Source: an uncultured Planctomycetota bacterium
GTDB lineage: Bacteria > Planctomycetota > Planctomycetia > Pirellulales > Lacipirellulaceae
Reading direction: 5' to 3'
Length of the DNA: 64,000 nt
Assembly (NCBI GenBank): GCA_963719315.1
Contig: CAVRBU010000003.1
Span: 352,001 to 416,000, forward strand
The translations under genes and the position numbers were made by a program. How positions within the stretch are numbered: position 1 is the stretch's first letter; every line of letters starts with the position of its first letter. The notes beneath the pieces were generated by a model, which did not search any database, was not told the origin of the DNA, and saw only the letters and a list, made by a program, of their open reading frames with translations. Below are positions 51,225 to 62,476 of this stretch, piece after piece.

Positions 51225-53890
51225 ATGACTCGCTGTGCATGCCTTTTCGCTGCGCTAATCGCACTCGCTGCCTCGCCAGCCGCCGCTCAAACGTTCATCG
51301 GCAGCAATTTCACGGGCAGCACATTTGGGATCGACAGCAATTTTCGCACGCCGGATACGATGGGGGCGTCCGGCGTCGATTACTTCGTCGAGTTGATCAA
51401 CGGGCGCTATAGCGTTTATCGCAAAAGCGACGGTGTGCGGGTGCAGACCAGTACGCTGAACGCGTTTTGGAACAACGCGGGGCAACCGCCGTCCGGAATC
51501 AACGGCGCTTTCGATCCGCGGGTGTTGTACGACCCGCACGCGAGGCGTTGGTATGCAGTGGCGGCGGACAACGGAGGCGGCGCCAACAACTATTTGTTTG
51601 CCGTTTCCAGCTCGTCCGATCCGACACAGCCTTGGACCGCGTTCAAAATCGATTCCGATACCGACGACAGCAACTGGGCCGATTTTCCGATGATCGGCTA
51701 CAATCCAGAGGCCGTAATTCTCTCGGCCAATATGTCGCCGCTCACGGCGCTTTCTACAAGGATGTCATTTGTCGTGATCCCAAAGTCGAGCCTGTTGCAG
51801 CCGGTGCCAACCACGACAGGCATGACATTGCTGGAAGACGTGCCGCCGCCGGCGTTCACCAACGCCTTGACGCCGCAGCTAGCCGTCGATGCGAGCAACT
51901 TAATCGGCATCAACACAGAATTGCCGGTTTTGATGCACGATTTCGGCGCGGGAACCGTGTATCGCGCGGAAATCGTTTCGCCCGGCGCACCGTCGGTTGT
52001 GAACGTCGGCACGGTTGGTGTGCCGGCTGCCGGGAACCCGCCAACCGTCGATCAACCGGGGCCCAAGCAAAACATCGAAGCCAACGACGGCCGGGTCAGC
52101 GCGACCACGGTGATGAGTAACGGTCAGATCTACGCCGTGCAGTGCATCGACAATGGAGGGCTGGCGTCGGTGCGATATATGCGGATCGATGAGGCGACGA
52201 ATGCCGTTTTGGAAAGTCAGACCATTGTTGACCCGGCCGGTCGGGCGCTAACGTTTCCTTCGATCGCCGTCAACGAGTTCGGCGACGTGGTGATCGGCGT
52301 CACTGGGACGAGCACCACGGAGTTCGCCAGCAGCTATGCGATGGTCGGCAACTCCTCCAGCGGCATTACGAACTTCGCTCCGCCGATACTGCTGAAGGCG
52401 GGCGTCTCCGACTATGAAGTATTGGACTCGCAGAACCGCAACCGTTGGGGTGATTACAGTTCGACCACCGTCGACCCGGCCGATCCTGGCATCTTTTGGA
52501 CGAGCCAGGAGTATGTTAGTTCGACGGACCATTGGTCGACCCAGGTGACCGAATTGATCGTGTTGCAACCGAACGAAGCGCGTTGGACGGATGCCGGCGG
52601 CGGCACGTTTGACGACCCGACGAAGTGGCAGACGGCAAGCGGCGGTCTGCCGCTCTCCAGCGACCAGCTCATCTTTAGCCGCGCGACGGATCTTAGCGGG
52701 GTGTCGACGACGATCGTTTTCCCGCCTCAACCGCCCGGTGTGTATGCCTATCAAGCGCTGAGTGCTCGCCAGGGCGATGTTCGGCTCGACCTGGCCGGAA
52801 GTCAGTTGGACCTGGCGTTGCATGTGGAAGTGGGCCCCTATAACGGGCAGCCGCTGCTCACGATCGCAAACGGCACGGTGAATTCGGTGGTTGGCGTCGT
52901 AGCACCGCGGCCAACGTCGGAAGCGTACCTGGTACTGGATAATACGCACTGGACGGTCAACAGCGTGACGGTCGGCAGCGCACGGCGCCGTCGGCTTGCT
53001 GTGGCCTGCCCGGCGCTACGGGTGGTGTCGGCACGCTGACGATTGATAACAATTCGCGGGTCGATGTCGCCGGAACACTCACGATCTGGGGGCATGCCAC
53101 GGTCAACCTGGTCGATGGCGTGCTCTCGGCCGATACCATTCTGGAACTCGCGCCGCCGCTGCACGGTGGCGGAGGTTTCGGCTTGAATTTTACGGGCGGC
53201 ACGCTTGATGTGCACAAATTCGATGGAGTGCTGATCAACTCTGGCGGCACGCTCGCCCCCGGCGGCAATGGCTCGATCGGAAGCACCAACGTCAACTTCG
53301 GCTACTCGCAGCTCGCCGGCTCGGTGCTGGACATCGATATCGGCGGCACGGCGAGCGGCCAGTTCGATCAACTGACCGTGGGCGGCGGCGCCGATTTTGA
53401 TGGTGCGCTCGACATCGCCTTGTTCGGCGGTTTCACGCCGAGCTTGAGCGACACGTTTCCCATCGTGCAGGCCGGCAATATCCCGCTCACCAGTTTGGCC
53501 AATCTGCTGACTCATAGCACATTCACCAACATCACCAACAAGCTCATTTGGCATTTGTTCTATGACCCGACCGCGCTGACGTTGGCCGTGGTGCCGGCGC
53601 TGACCGGTGACTTCAACGGCAACGGCATTGTCGACGCGGCCGACTACGTAGTGTGGCGCAACTCGCAAGGACAAACGGGCATTGGCCTTGCCGCGGATAG
53701 CAACTTTGATGAGCAGGTCAATTTCGTCGACTATCTCATGTGGCGGCTCCACTTCGGCCAGGCCGTGCCGGGCAGCGGCGCGGGCGCCGGTGAACAGGCT
53801 GCAGTGCCGGAACCGGGGTCGCTCGCGCTGGTGGTCTTGGCAATCGTCGCGCTGCTTGCCGCGCCACACCGCAAAGGCGGTTCGCGCTGA
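51225..53890 (+). CDS. Large secreted protein with beta-helix/autotransporter-like region, dockerin-like repeat and PEP-CTERM (frameshift near 52980)
   Basis: TPDTMGA, FDPRVLYD, RWGDYS N-domain; GGTLAPG repeat; GDFNGNGIVDAADYVVWR; VPEPGS. Confidence 0.75.
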
Positions 53891-54027
53891 CACGGATGCA
53901 ATCGTCTGCCGTGGAATTGCGAGTGCTTCCTGGTGTTGCTCGTTACCCGCGATCGTGATGTGACTCGGGCGGTTTGCAAAACGGGGAGGTGCGCGGTGGA
54001 AAGGAATTGGGGGTTGACGGACGGTGA

Positions 54028-54246
54028 TTAGCCGACGGCCCTGGCGTGCGCAATTTCGCGCGGCTCGATGGGCCGCAATTGGTCGTGGCGCAACGAAACG
54101 ACAGCCAGCGTCTCTCCTTCGAGAGTGACAAATTCCACTTCGCAGCCCTCGCGGTCGTGAACCAGCACAATCGTGCCAACGTCTCCAGCACTCAACCCGT
54201 ACTCGGGCAAGTCCGTCGTCAACACAGCCGATTGCAGTTCTTTCAT
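54028..54246 (-). CDS. DUF4926-like small protein
   Basis: DLPEYGLSAGDVGTIVLVH...EVEF. Confidence 0.75.
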   Translation of the reverse strand: MKELQSAVLTTDLPEYGLSAGDVGTIVLVHDREGCEVEFVTLEGETLAVVSLRHDQLRPIEPREIAHARAVG

Positions 54247-54276
54247 CGCTTTTGAAGATGTTGAGGTGTTCGTATT

Positions 54277-54477
54277 CTAGGGTTCGTCGGCAGACGCCTG
54301 TCGTTCGATTTCGTCGATCGTGGTTTGATCGACCCAGGCGTGCCGTTGCCGGGCATAATCTCCGTTGCCCGTCTCAAACTGCTGCAAGAAGCGGGTCATA
54401 TCGGCCCGTCCAAGCCGTTCACGCAAGGCTTGTAGTCCCTCTTGTCGGACTTCATCCAGGGTTCGCTACGTCTTCAT
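54277..54477 (-). pseudogene. Small antitoxin-like ORF with a stop at codon 4
   Basis: MKT*RTLDEVRQEGLQALRERLGRADMTRFLQQFETGNGDYARQRHAW... Confidence 0.5.
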
Positions 54478-54503
54478 GCGATTGGCCGAAAAATGGACCG
54501 CGA

Positions 54504-54734
54504 CTAAGATGTTCTCACTGGCGCGGTATGGAGGACAATCAATTCGTCGCCCGCCAAGGGCAGCATCGCATACGTTTTCCCTTCATCATCCGAAAACTCG
54601 ACTTCAAACATGCCGGGCGATAAGACCTCGACTATTGTGCCAACCTGACCGCGCACTAAACCATCGTTTGGTCGATCATGGACCAACGCAACCACGTCGA
54701 GAAGCTGGATCGGCGCGTTCATTTCGATTCCCAT
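54504..54734 (-). CDS. DUF4926-like small protein
   Basis: LLDVVAL...LVRGQVGTIVEVL...FEVEFSD. Confidence 0.8.
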   Translation of the reverse strand: MGIEMNAPIQLLDVVALVHDRPNDGLVRGQVGTIVEVLSPGMFEVEFSDDEGKTYAMLPLAGDELIVLHTAPVRTS

Positions 54735-55066
54735 TACACCACGTAAGCGCTCACAAACCTCGGAAAATCCTCGCTCGTCCGTACGATCCACGCCGTGCGC
54801 ACTTGCGCTTGGCCCGTCGGTCCTGATAATAGACATTCTATCACGTAACGCTGGCCGTGCACATTCGGCGGCACCTGAAGAGCCTCGTCGTTGGCGGCCG
54901 CGTCGAAAAGCTGTTCGCGCATCAATTCCGCGTTTTCAGCAGTGAACCCACACGAGGCACGGAACACGCGGGCTTTGTGCTTTCCGCGGGGATGGTCCGG
55001 GTTGAGGCAGTAGTCGGTGAGCTTTTCCAGATCGATCACCGCTTGCTGGCCGTTAGGGAGTTTCAT
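54734..55066 (-). CDS. DUF6883-like protein (putative toxin partner of DUF4926)
   Basis: MKLPN...KLTDYCLNPDHPRGKHKARVF...RTAWI...PRFVSAYV. Confidence 0.75.
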   Translation of the reverse strand: MKLPNGQQAVIDLEKLTDYCLNPDHPRGKHKARVFRASCGFTAENAELMREQLFDAAANDEALQVPPNVHGQRYVIECLLSGPTGQAQVRTAWIVRTSEDFPRFVSAYVV

Positions 55067-55196
55067 TTCGTCGCCGCCTCCACTAAGGCGATTTCGGCGT
55101 CGGTGAGGTTGTAGAGTTGGTAGACGAGTCGGCCGATCTCGGCGTCGGAGTGCTCGATTTGGCGCTGGAGGGCGGTTCGCTCGTGGTCGGTGCGGC
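55063..55196 (-). repeat. Duplicated 3' tail of the restriction-modification gene
   Basis: Encodes RTDHERTALQRQIEHSDAEIGRLVYQLYNLTDAEIALVEAATK*; 55160-55191 is identical to 56176-56207. Confidence 0.85.
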
Positions 55197-55251
55197 TTTA
55201 CCTCTATACACACGGTAGCGCCAAGAGTGTACCTACGTCGCCGCTGGATAT

Positions 55252-56079
55252 TCAAGAAGTCAGCGGCCGTTTTAGGCTCTCAAGTTCCGCTGCTTCTCGT
55301 TGTGTATTCTCTCGGGCTTCACGCTCAAAATTCTCGACCTTCAGCCGTAGGAAAGCTTCCGGATTTCGTTCGCAATGGTAATGGTGATGTCGCATTTTGA
55401 GTTCTTCTTCCGCCGTCTGTTTTTCATGCTCGCTCGGTTTGATGTAACCAAGTAGCTTCAAAGCGCCATGAATGGCCTTGCCTATGCCATAAGCAACAAT
55501 GATAAAACCAAGGGCCGGACTTGCAAAACCCAGGAATGCTACCAAAGTTGGCACGGCAACGCCCCACGCGGCAATTACAAGTATTCCGAGTCGAATGGTC
55601 TTGGCGCGTTGAACGGCCTTGATGCGCCGTTCTTCCTTGGTACTACACGGAACGTTATCATAGATGTTCACTAATTGCGGTTCGCGGAGCGGCCCTAAGG
55701 AGAACTCCTCATTCTTCAGCGTTTTCCAGTGTCGGACCAATTTGCCATCTTCGACGAGTCCGATCAAATGGTCGCATGTTCGCACTCCCTCGAGAGGGAT
55801 AACGCTCTCAGCATCATCGAATGCAGTAACCATTAAAGGGACGGGATATCGTTGAATCCATGTGTTGCATTCGTTCTCCATGATTTCCGCAATCTCGGAT
55901 GATCCCAGATGCTCAAGAATGACCACACTAAGTGATGCAAAATACCCGCCGGGCCATGTTGGCACGTACTCGACAAAATACTTGCCGCGATGTTCCTTAA
56001 TGGTCTTAAAGATGAGTCCTTTCTCATGTGCTTTCGATGCTCGTAAATCACGGTCGGACGCATTCGCTTCGCCGCTCAT
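55252..56079 (-). CDS. Hypothetical protein with two C-terminal TM helices
   Basis: 275-aa lower-GC ORF translationally coupled to the R-M gene. Confidence 0.75.
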   Translation of the reverse strand: MSGEANASDRDLRASKAHEKGLIFKTIKEHRGKYFVEYVPTWPGGYFASLSVVILEHLGSSEIAEIMENECNTWIQRYPVPLMVTAFDDAESVIPLEGVRTCDHLIGLVEDGKLVRHWKTLKNEEFSLGPLREPQLVNIYDNVPCSTKEERRIKAVQRAKTIRLGILVIAAWGVAVPTLVAFLGFASPALGFIIVAYGIGKAIHGALKLLGYIKPSEHEKQTAEEELKMRHHHYHCERNPEAFLRLKVENFEREARENTQREAAELESLKRPLTS

Positions 56080-59059
56080 CGTGTTGTCCCCTTCTGCACT
56101 AATGCAATTTCTTCGCCTGTCAGGCCGTACAGCTCATACACCAGCCGGTCGATTTCCGCGTCGGTGTGTTCGATCTGGCGCTGGAGGGCGGTTCGCTCGT
56201 GGTCGGTCCGGGCTGTCGACCGTCGTTTGGCGAGCTCAATGGCGTGGCTGCCATGCTCGTGGAGTGATGTGTCATCAATCGTCGCCGGATCGACGGGCAG
56301 CTTGTTAATATATTGATTGAACAAGCGGTATGCCCCGCCACGGTTTGCGGGGCAGTGGCGTGTTATCCAAAACCAAGCGAGCTTGGAATTCAAATAGGCG
56401 AGCAACGCTACATTACTTGTGGGGATACAGAATGCGGTATTGCTTGGATAGGATCCATCGACATTCAGCGCGAACTTAGGACGTGAGGCCAAGTCGGGGT
56501 ACATTATTTTCGGTCGTTCGAAAATGTCGGTGTGCGCCACCTGTCGTATCACCCACCAGTCGTAATCTCCACGGCGTACCTCATAGCGATCGCGAAGTTT
56601 CTTCTGATGTTGCAATAGATATCGTTTCACCGAGGGAAACTCGTCGATGTCGATTGCTTCGCGAGTGCAAACTAAGAATTGGCCGTTCGTTTCTGTAAGC
56701 CATCTGGTAATGTCGCGTCCTCGCGTAAACGGCCGAAGTATTTCGCGTGCGCGCTCGTTTTGCCGGACCATTTCTGCGGCACTTCTCTGGTCGATCACAA
56801 ATACTTCGTTGAGACTCGTCTTTACTCCTAGCTGTGCCTCGCCAGCCATAGCGGCAAGTTGTGGATGCGCGGCTAGCCTTTCGAGGAGTAACTGTTGCGT
56901 CTTTGGGACAAGCAGCCATTGTGGAGACGAAAGTGCTGAAACGGGTACTGAGTAAGCATTGCGTTGGACGTCACGGGGCAACAGTCCAGTCGAAGGCGTT
57001 GCGCGAGAATACATCAACGAATCGCGCTTCGTGACTGCGTTTTTTTTCGCTATTAAAATTACGGGGTACGTCGTTGCTCCATGAAACAATTGCATGTCGC
57101 CGTAGTCAATGATGCTTTGAAACACAAAGTTAGAAAGGTACTTCCGGGCAGCAACTCCATAACCTGCGTGTACGAATTTGCCAGAACAAATTACACCCAA
57201 CATTCCGGATTGACGAAGCAAATAAAGGCCGCGTTCAAGGAAGTACACATACAAGTCAGCTAAACCATGAAACGATTCATATTTGGAACTGAAGTATTGT
57301 TTGAATGCCGAAACACCCTCTTGTCGAACGTATGGCGGATTTCCAATCACCGTCTCGAACCCAGGGTTGTCGCCAGCGAAGATATCCCGAAAGCCGAATT
57401 TACCTTTCCAATCGAAGGCGTTGATACGCAGCATTTCATCTTCGTCGAACAAGTCGCGTTGTTTGCCTTCGTAAAAGTCGGGGCCGATTAGGCTGTTGCC
57501 GCATTTGATGTTGCCATTTAGGTCGGGCAGCACCGTTCTTTGTGAAACGCTTCGAGCTGGCGGAGCGTGGCCTGGGTTTCGCCTTCGAGGACTTTTAACA
57601 GCAGCGAGAGCTTCGTGACCTCGACGGCTTGCGAATCGATATCCACGCCGTAGATGTGGGAGAGCAGGATTCGCTTGCGCTCGGCGGTGGTGAGCCGCCA
57701 ATCGCCGGTGGCGGATTGGTAGATGCGCGGGTTCGCGCCGCGATGGTGCGGTTTCGGGTCGTCGGCCGTGTATTGCTTGAGATACCAGTCGAGCAGAAAT
57801 TGATAGGCGACGATCAGAAACGAACCGCTGCCGCAGGCCGGGTCGAGCACGGTTAACGGCCGAGAATTCTTAGCAGGCTTGTAGGTGGTGGTGAGTCCGC
57901 CGACTTCTTGGGGCGTTTTGCCTTCGACCAGTTTGCCGACGCCCGCCTTGCGGACTTCCGGCTTCTCTTCGATTTTGGCCCGGTGGCCGGCGGTGAGGCG
58001 AATTACTTTGCCCAGGAACTGCTCGTAGACCTGGCCGAGGATATCGGCCGGCAGGGCCGCGAACTCGTAGGGGCTGTCTGGATAATAGAGCCGCCGCAAG
58101 ATCTCTTTCAAGACTTTGTCGTCGACGATGAGGCTTGGCGTAAGCTCATCGGGCTCCTGGCGATCTTTTTCCTTCTGGAAGTGGAACAGGCCGGAGTTAA
58201 ATTTTTCGTCGGCGCGGTGAAAGATTTCGACGAGGCGGGGATAGACGCGGTCGCCGTTGAGCAGCGATTGCAGCCGGCCGTAAGGCTCGATGTCGCGGCC
58301 TTCGCACATGCGGAGGAAGATGATGCGGTCGATGATGAGCTGCACGGCGGCGTTCAGCTCGCGATCGGTGATCGATTCGTTCCGCAAGCTGAGATTTTTT
58401 GCCAGCGATTCGCGCCAGGATTCGATTTCTTCCAAAAAGGCTTCGTCGACTTCGGCAGTGCCGCGTTTTTTCTTGGTCGAGCCGGCGAAGTCGTCGAACC
58501 GGCCTTTAAGGACCGCTTCACGAGAGAAGATGCCGGCGACTTCGCCCCAGCGGTCGATGTAGTCGGTGTAGCTAAGGAGCATGACGCGAGCGGTGGCGGC
58601 GCTGTCGTCTTTGTCTGGCTTGATGCGACAATCGTAGACGGCGAATTCCTCGAAGTCGGTGAGGATCGAGAGGGGCAGCTTGGCCGTCCAGGCGTAGCGC
58701 CGCAGTTGGAATGCGGGGCCCACGTCGCTTTTGATATCGACGGCCGGCTTCTTGGCCTCGACGAAGAATTTCGGCACCGGGCCGATGCGGATGCAGTAGT
58801 CGGGCGCTTTGACAGTCTTCTCGACGCGCAGGCCTTGTTCCAGGATTACGTCGCGGTAGTTTTCGTGGATCCCGGCGCGGTTGTAGATGTCCCAGCCGAG
58901 TGCGATCAGGAAGGGATCGAGAAAATCTTGCCGAAGTTGCGTTTCGTTGTAATTGCCGCGGTGATAGGTATCGCGATGCTCGGCGAATTTTTCGACCAGA
59001 TCGCGAATTTCGCGTGGGGCAGTGGTGGAAGCTGGCTTCGAGTCGGACTTTTTGGCCAT
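56076..59059 (-). CDS. Type IIG restriction endonuclease / N6-adenine methyltransferase fusion (frameshift near 57533)
   Basis: Nuclease PDY...FVEAKK; motif I VLDPACGSGSFL; motif IV IGNPPYV; TaqI-like C-terminus. Confidence 0.88.
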
Positions 59060-59290
59060 GGCATAGGTGAGGGACGACAGGTTCGTTGGCGGCTGCGATT
59101 TGCGCTCTCCTCGCCACGGCGAGTCTATGACCGGCGGGAGAGGGAGCATTGGTTCGCGGCCAGTTTAGCGAACGTCGCAGACGAATGCCAGGATTGGCGC
59201 GGGAGCTTGCGGCGCACCGACAAGCGGCCGGGCAGAGTTGATGATCGTGGCGGTGCACAATCGGCCGACAATCGGCGCCGCGCGACTTTG

Positions 59291-62134
59291 TCACTCCAAC
59301 CCGTAGGCACCGACGGGCGGAATCTCGATGCCGGTTTTGCGGGTGACGTTGAGGTTGGGCAGGAACCGGGGCTCGATGAGGAAATGGGCGCCGACCGTGC
59401 CTTTGGATTCGTCCACGTTCGCGCCGACGGTGGTGATGAGCGATTCACCGATGCGGCTAAAGGCGACGAACTGGCCAATGTTACCGGTTGGGCCGAAGTC
59501 GATGCTCGAGCTGACCGAGCCGATCCACTTCTGGCTCATGCGGTAGTTGATGGTCGCATTGAGGACGTCGGCCTCGAACAGGCCGGTGGCGGCGCGGAAA
59601 CCGAGATAGAAGTTTCCGGTCCGCGGTCGATTGACCAAGAGACCGATTGAGGCCGTCTTGAGGGCGTCGCCGAACGTGTCGGCGTAGCCATCGGAGAGGA
59701 TCGAGAAACGATCGCCCAGGTACCAGTGCAGATCGTAGTCGAGCAGGCCGACCTCCTGGCCGGCATTGTCGCGATTGGCGTCCGGAAACACCGTGGCGTT
59801 GGCGTCGAACGTTACCCAATCGACGATCCGCTGGTCATCCGGGCCGCCGTGCTTGGTCTGCAGGCGATGATGCATGCCGAGGCGGAGGGCGGTAAGGTCG
59901 TCGGCGATTTCGCTGGAAGGGGACGTGACCCAATCCTGCAGGCCGGAGCGGAGGGCCACGAACCGCGGGTCGAATTTGGTATCGATGAACGAAGGCGCAC
60001 CGGGGATATAATACACGCCGGCAAGCGTGCCGGCGAATTGTGGACCGCCGAACGGCGAAAAGAACAGCCGGCGACGGAAGTCTTCGATCGAGTTATCGTC
60101 CAATTCATCGTAGAGCGGAAAGCGGTTGAGGCTCTGCGTGGCATCGGCCCACGAGAACTGGGCATCGAACACCACCTTGTGGGCCAAACCGTTCAAATTG
60201 AAGAGCGCGTTGCGGATCGTGGGGTCGGCATACCAGAACGGAATGCTGGCGCGGACGCCGGCGTTGACGAAAGCGCGATCGACGGGGTCGCCGTTGATGT
60301 CCTGGCCCCAATGGCCGAGTTCGCCGAGCGCGAAGGGCACGACCTTGAACGGCGCGAAGTCGAGCGGCCAATCGAGCTCTTGCCGGGTAATGAGCCGCTC
60401 GCCCTGGCCCGTGATTGGGTTGCCGAGACTATCTTCTTCCCACGGGAATAGTTCGAACTCTGACGCCAACTGCGGATTCGAGGGAGTCGTGGCGATGCCG
60501 ATGTTGGCATACGCAAGGTTCGAGTGCTCGAACCAAGTGAGGTTGTCGTCGATGAGCGGTTCGCCGAGCCAGTAGTGGTCGAGGCGCGGCAGCCACTGGG
60601 TTTGCGTGAAGAAGTCGTTCAAGCGGACGTTGGACTCAACCGAGAGCGACTGGTTGTCGTACGTCCGCTTGAGTCGCACGCCGGTGAGCTGGTCCTTGTT
60701 CTGGTCCCACTCTTGTTCGTAGTACTCTTCGAGGAACGTGCGGTCGCTAAGCCAGCCGACTTCGGCTTGCACGGTCCAGTCGTCGAGCGGGCCGCCGATG
60801 AGGTGCTGTTGATGGTTCCAGAACATGCGGCCGCGGAATTGCGCTTCGGGCACAATGTGGCGGCGATCGAGGCCCAGATTATCGATCCCCGTGTCGTTGA
60901 TAAACCACACATCGGCCCGGCCGGTCGTGGGGCCATCGAGCACGAAGAAGGAATCGCGAGCGTACTCGACGCCGCTGCCGTAACCGAACCCGCGCAGGCT
61001 TAGGTAGTCGAGGTCGAGGTTCCACTTCACGCCGTCGGGCGCTTGGATGCCGGTGAGTTGGAAGGCGTCGAGCTCGACGAGCGCCTGGTAGCCGAAGATC
61101 GAGTCGTGGCGGAAGCGGAAGTTGTTGATGTAGTAGCTGGGTTTCTCCAGATCGGTGGCGAGCGTGGGCCAGTAGAATACGGGCACATCGCCGACATAGA
61201 GGAAGTTGCTTTTGGCCTCGGCCATACGCCGGTGCGTGGCAACCGGGCGACCCGTGGCGGGATCGATGGCCGGCACGCCGGTGATCGGATCGACCAGAGG
61301 TTGCTGCAGGTCCTCGAACGTGATCTGGTCGGAGGTGAACGCATAGCTGGGATCTTCGAGCCGGCTGGTGGTGACGAGGCCGTTCTCGGCGACGAAGTGG
61401 GCGTTGTCGAGTTGGCGAATTGCAGCCGCCCGAAGCCGGACGATGCCGGCATACGAAGCGTTGTTGATTTGCGGTACGGATGCGATCAACTCGCCGTTCA
61501 GGATCACGCCGATCTGGCGGCGGACATCGTAGAACATGCGGTCGGCGTACACGGTGCGGTCGCCTTGGCGGAAAACGATGTTGCCTTCCATGTAGATTTC
61601 GAGCGGCGTCTCGCTGGATTGGGTCGCGCCGCCGCCGAGGCCGGCATTCAAGTCGCCGACTCCCCATATGACGACGCGGTCGGTTTCGATGTCAATGTCG
61701 CCGAGCGGACCGAACGTGGCGGGAAGGCCGTCGACGGAAAGACCTTGCACAACGACGTTGACGCCGCCGCTGAGCACCATCACTTGTTCGCCCTGCGGCG
61801 TGGTGAACGATTCAGCGTTCGGCCCCATGCCTTCGGAACGCGGCATGATTTTTATGCTGCGAAAGCTGGACCGCGGCGGCGCGGTCGATTGCGGCGCGGG
61901 CACGGTTTGCAGCGGCGTGAACGGGGTTGCCGGCAATTGAGCCGTTTGGATGGCAGCATCGACGGGCGGCAGACGCGTGACCGGCGCGGCGGCGGGCGGT
62001 TGGGCGACCACACGGGTGCTACTGGTTCCGCCAGTGACGATTGATATTGCGCACAGCACTGGCAGAGCCAGTGGCAACCAGCGCGCACGGGGAGCGCAGC
62101 GGTTGCGGCGAGGCGCTCGGGGGCGCCGTTGCAT
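59291..62134 (-). CDS. LptD/OstA-like outer-membrane assembly protein
   Basis: IYMEGNIVFRQG..IYADRMFYD-like OstA N-part, VPVFYWP motif, beta-barrel-like C-part; start uncertain. Confidence 0.7.
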   Translation of the reverse strand: MQRRPRAPRRNRCAPRARWLPLALPVLCAISIVTGGTSSTRVVAQPPAAAPVTRLPPVDAAIQTAQLPATPFTPLQTVPAPQSTAPPRSSFRSIKIMPRSEGMGPNAESFTTPQGEQVMVLSGGVNVVVQGLSVDGLPATFGPLGDIDIETDRVVIWGVGDLNAGLGGGATQSSETPLEIYMEGNIVFRQGDRTVYADRMFYDVRRQIGVILNGELIASVPQINNASYAGIVRLRAAAIRQLDNAHFVAENGLVTTSRLEDPSYAFTSDQITFEDLQQPLVDPITGVPAIDPATGRPVATHRRMAEAKSNFLYVGDVPVFYWPTLATDLEKPSYYINNFRFRHDSIFGYQALVELDAFQLTGIQAPDGVKWNLDLDYLSLRGFGYGSGVEYARDSFFVLDGPTTGRADVWFINDTGIDNLGLDRRHIVPEAQFRGRMFWNHQQHLIGGPLDDWTVQAEVGWLSDRTFLEEYYEQEWDQNKDQLTGVRLKRTYDNQSLSVESNVRLNDFFTQTQWLPRLDHYWLGEPLIDDNLTWFEHSNLAYANIGIATTPSNPQLASEFELFPWEEDSLGNPITGQGERLITRQELDWPLDFAPFKVVPFALGELGHWGQDINGDPVDRAFVNAGVRASIPFWYADPTIRNALFNLNGLAHKVVFDAQFSWADATQSLNRFPLYDELDDNSIEDFRRRLFFSPFGGPQFAGTLAGVYYIPGAPSFIDTKFDPRFVALRSGLQDWVTSPSSEIADDLTALRLGMHHRLQTKHGGPDDQRIVDWVTFDANATVFPDANRDNAGQEVGLLDYDLHWYLGDRFSILSDGYADTFGDALKTASIGLLVNRPRTGNFYLGFRAATGLFEADVLNATINYRMSQKWIGSVSSSIDFGPTGNIGQFVAFSRIGESLITTVGANVDESKGTVGAHFLIEPRFLPNLNVTRKTGIEIPPVGAYGLE

Positions 62135-62476
62135 CGAAATTGGTTTACGCGACGAGATCAGACCGGCGTCCTTGCCAGGAAAAGTGCGCACGCGGCGCGT
62201 CGATTGTCGGCCGCTTCGCGTAACGCAAAGCGGCGCCGACAATTAGAAATAGCCGCGGCGAAAAATGCGGCGGATTATAAGAGCGGGGCGCGCTAGCGGT
62301 CAATTGCGGTTCGTGGCGATAGCAGGCATCGTAAGGTGTGGGCTGGCAATGGTTTGCAAGAGAAGGGCTCACCCCAAGGCGCTGAGGCGCAAAGGAGAAC
62401 TGCGAATGGGCCGTATTGGGTGCTGAAAAACTACAAGCGTTCCGCAAGCGGAAAGATGATGCGATAGCTTGATTAT

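Noticed and set aside
57908..59650. 580-aa plus-strand ORF
   Set aside because: Antisense shadow of the R-M and LptD-like genes.
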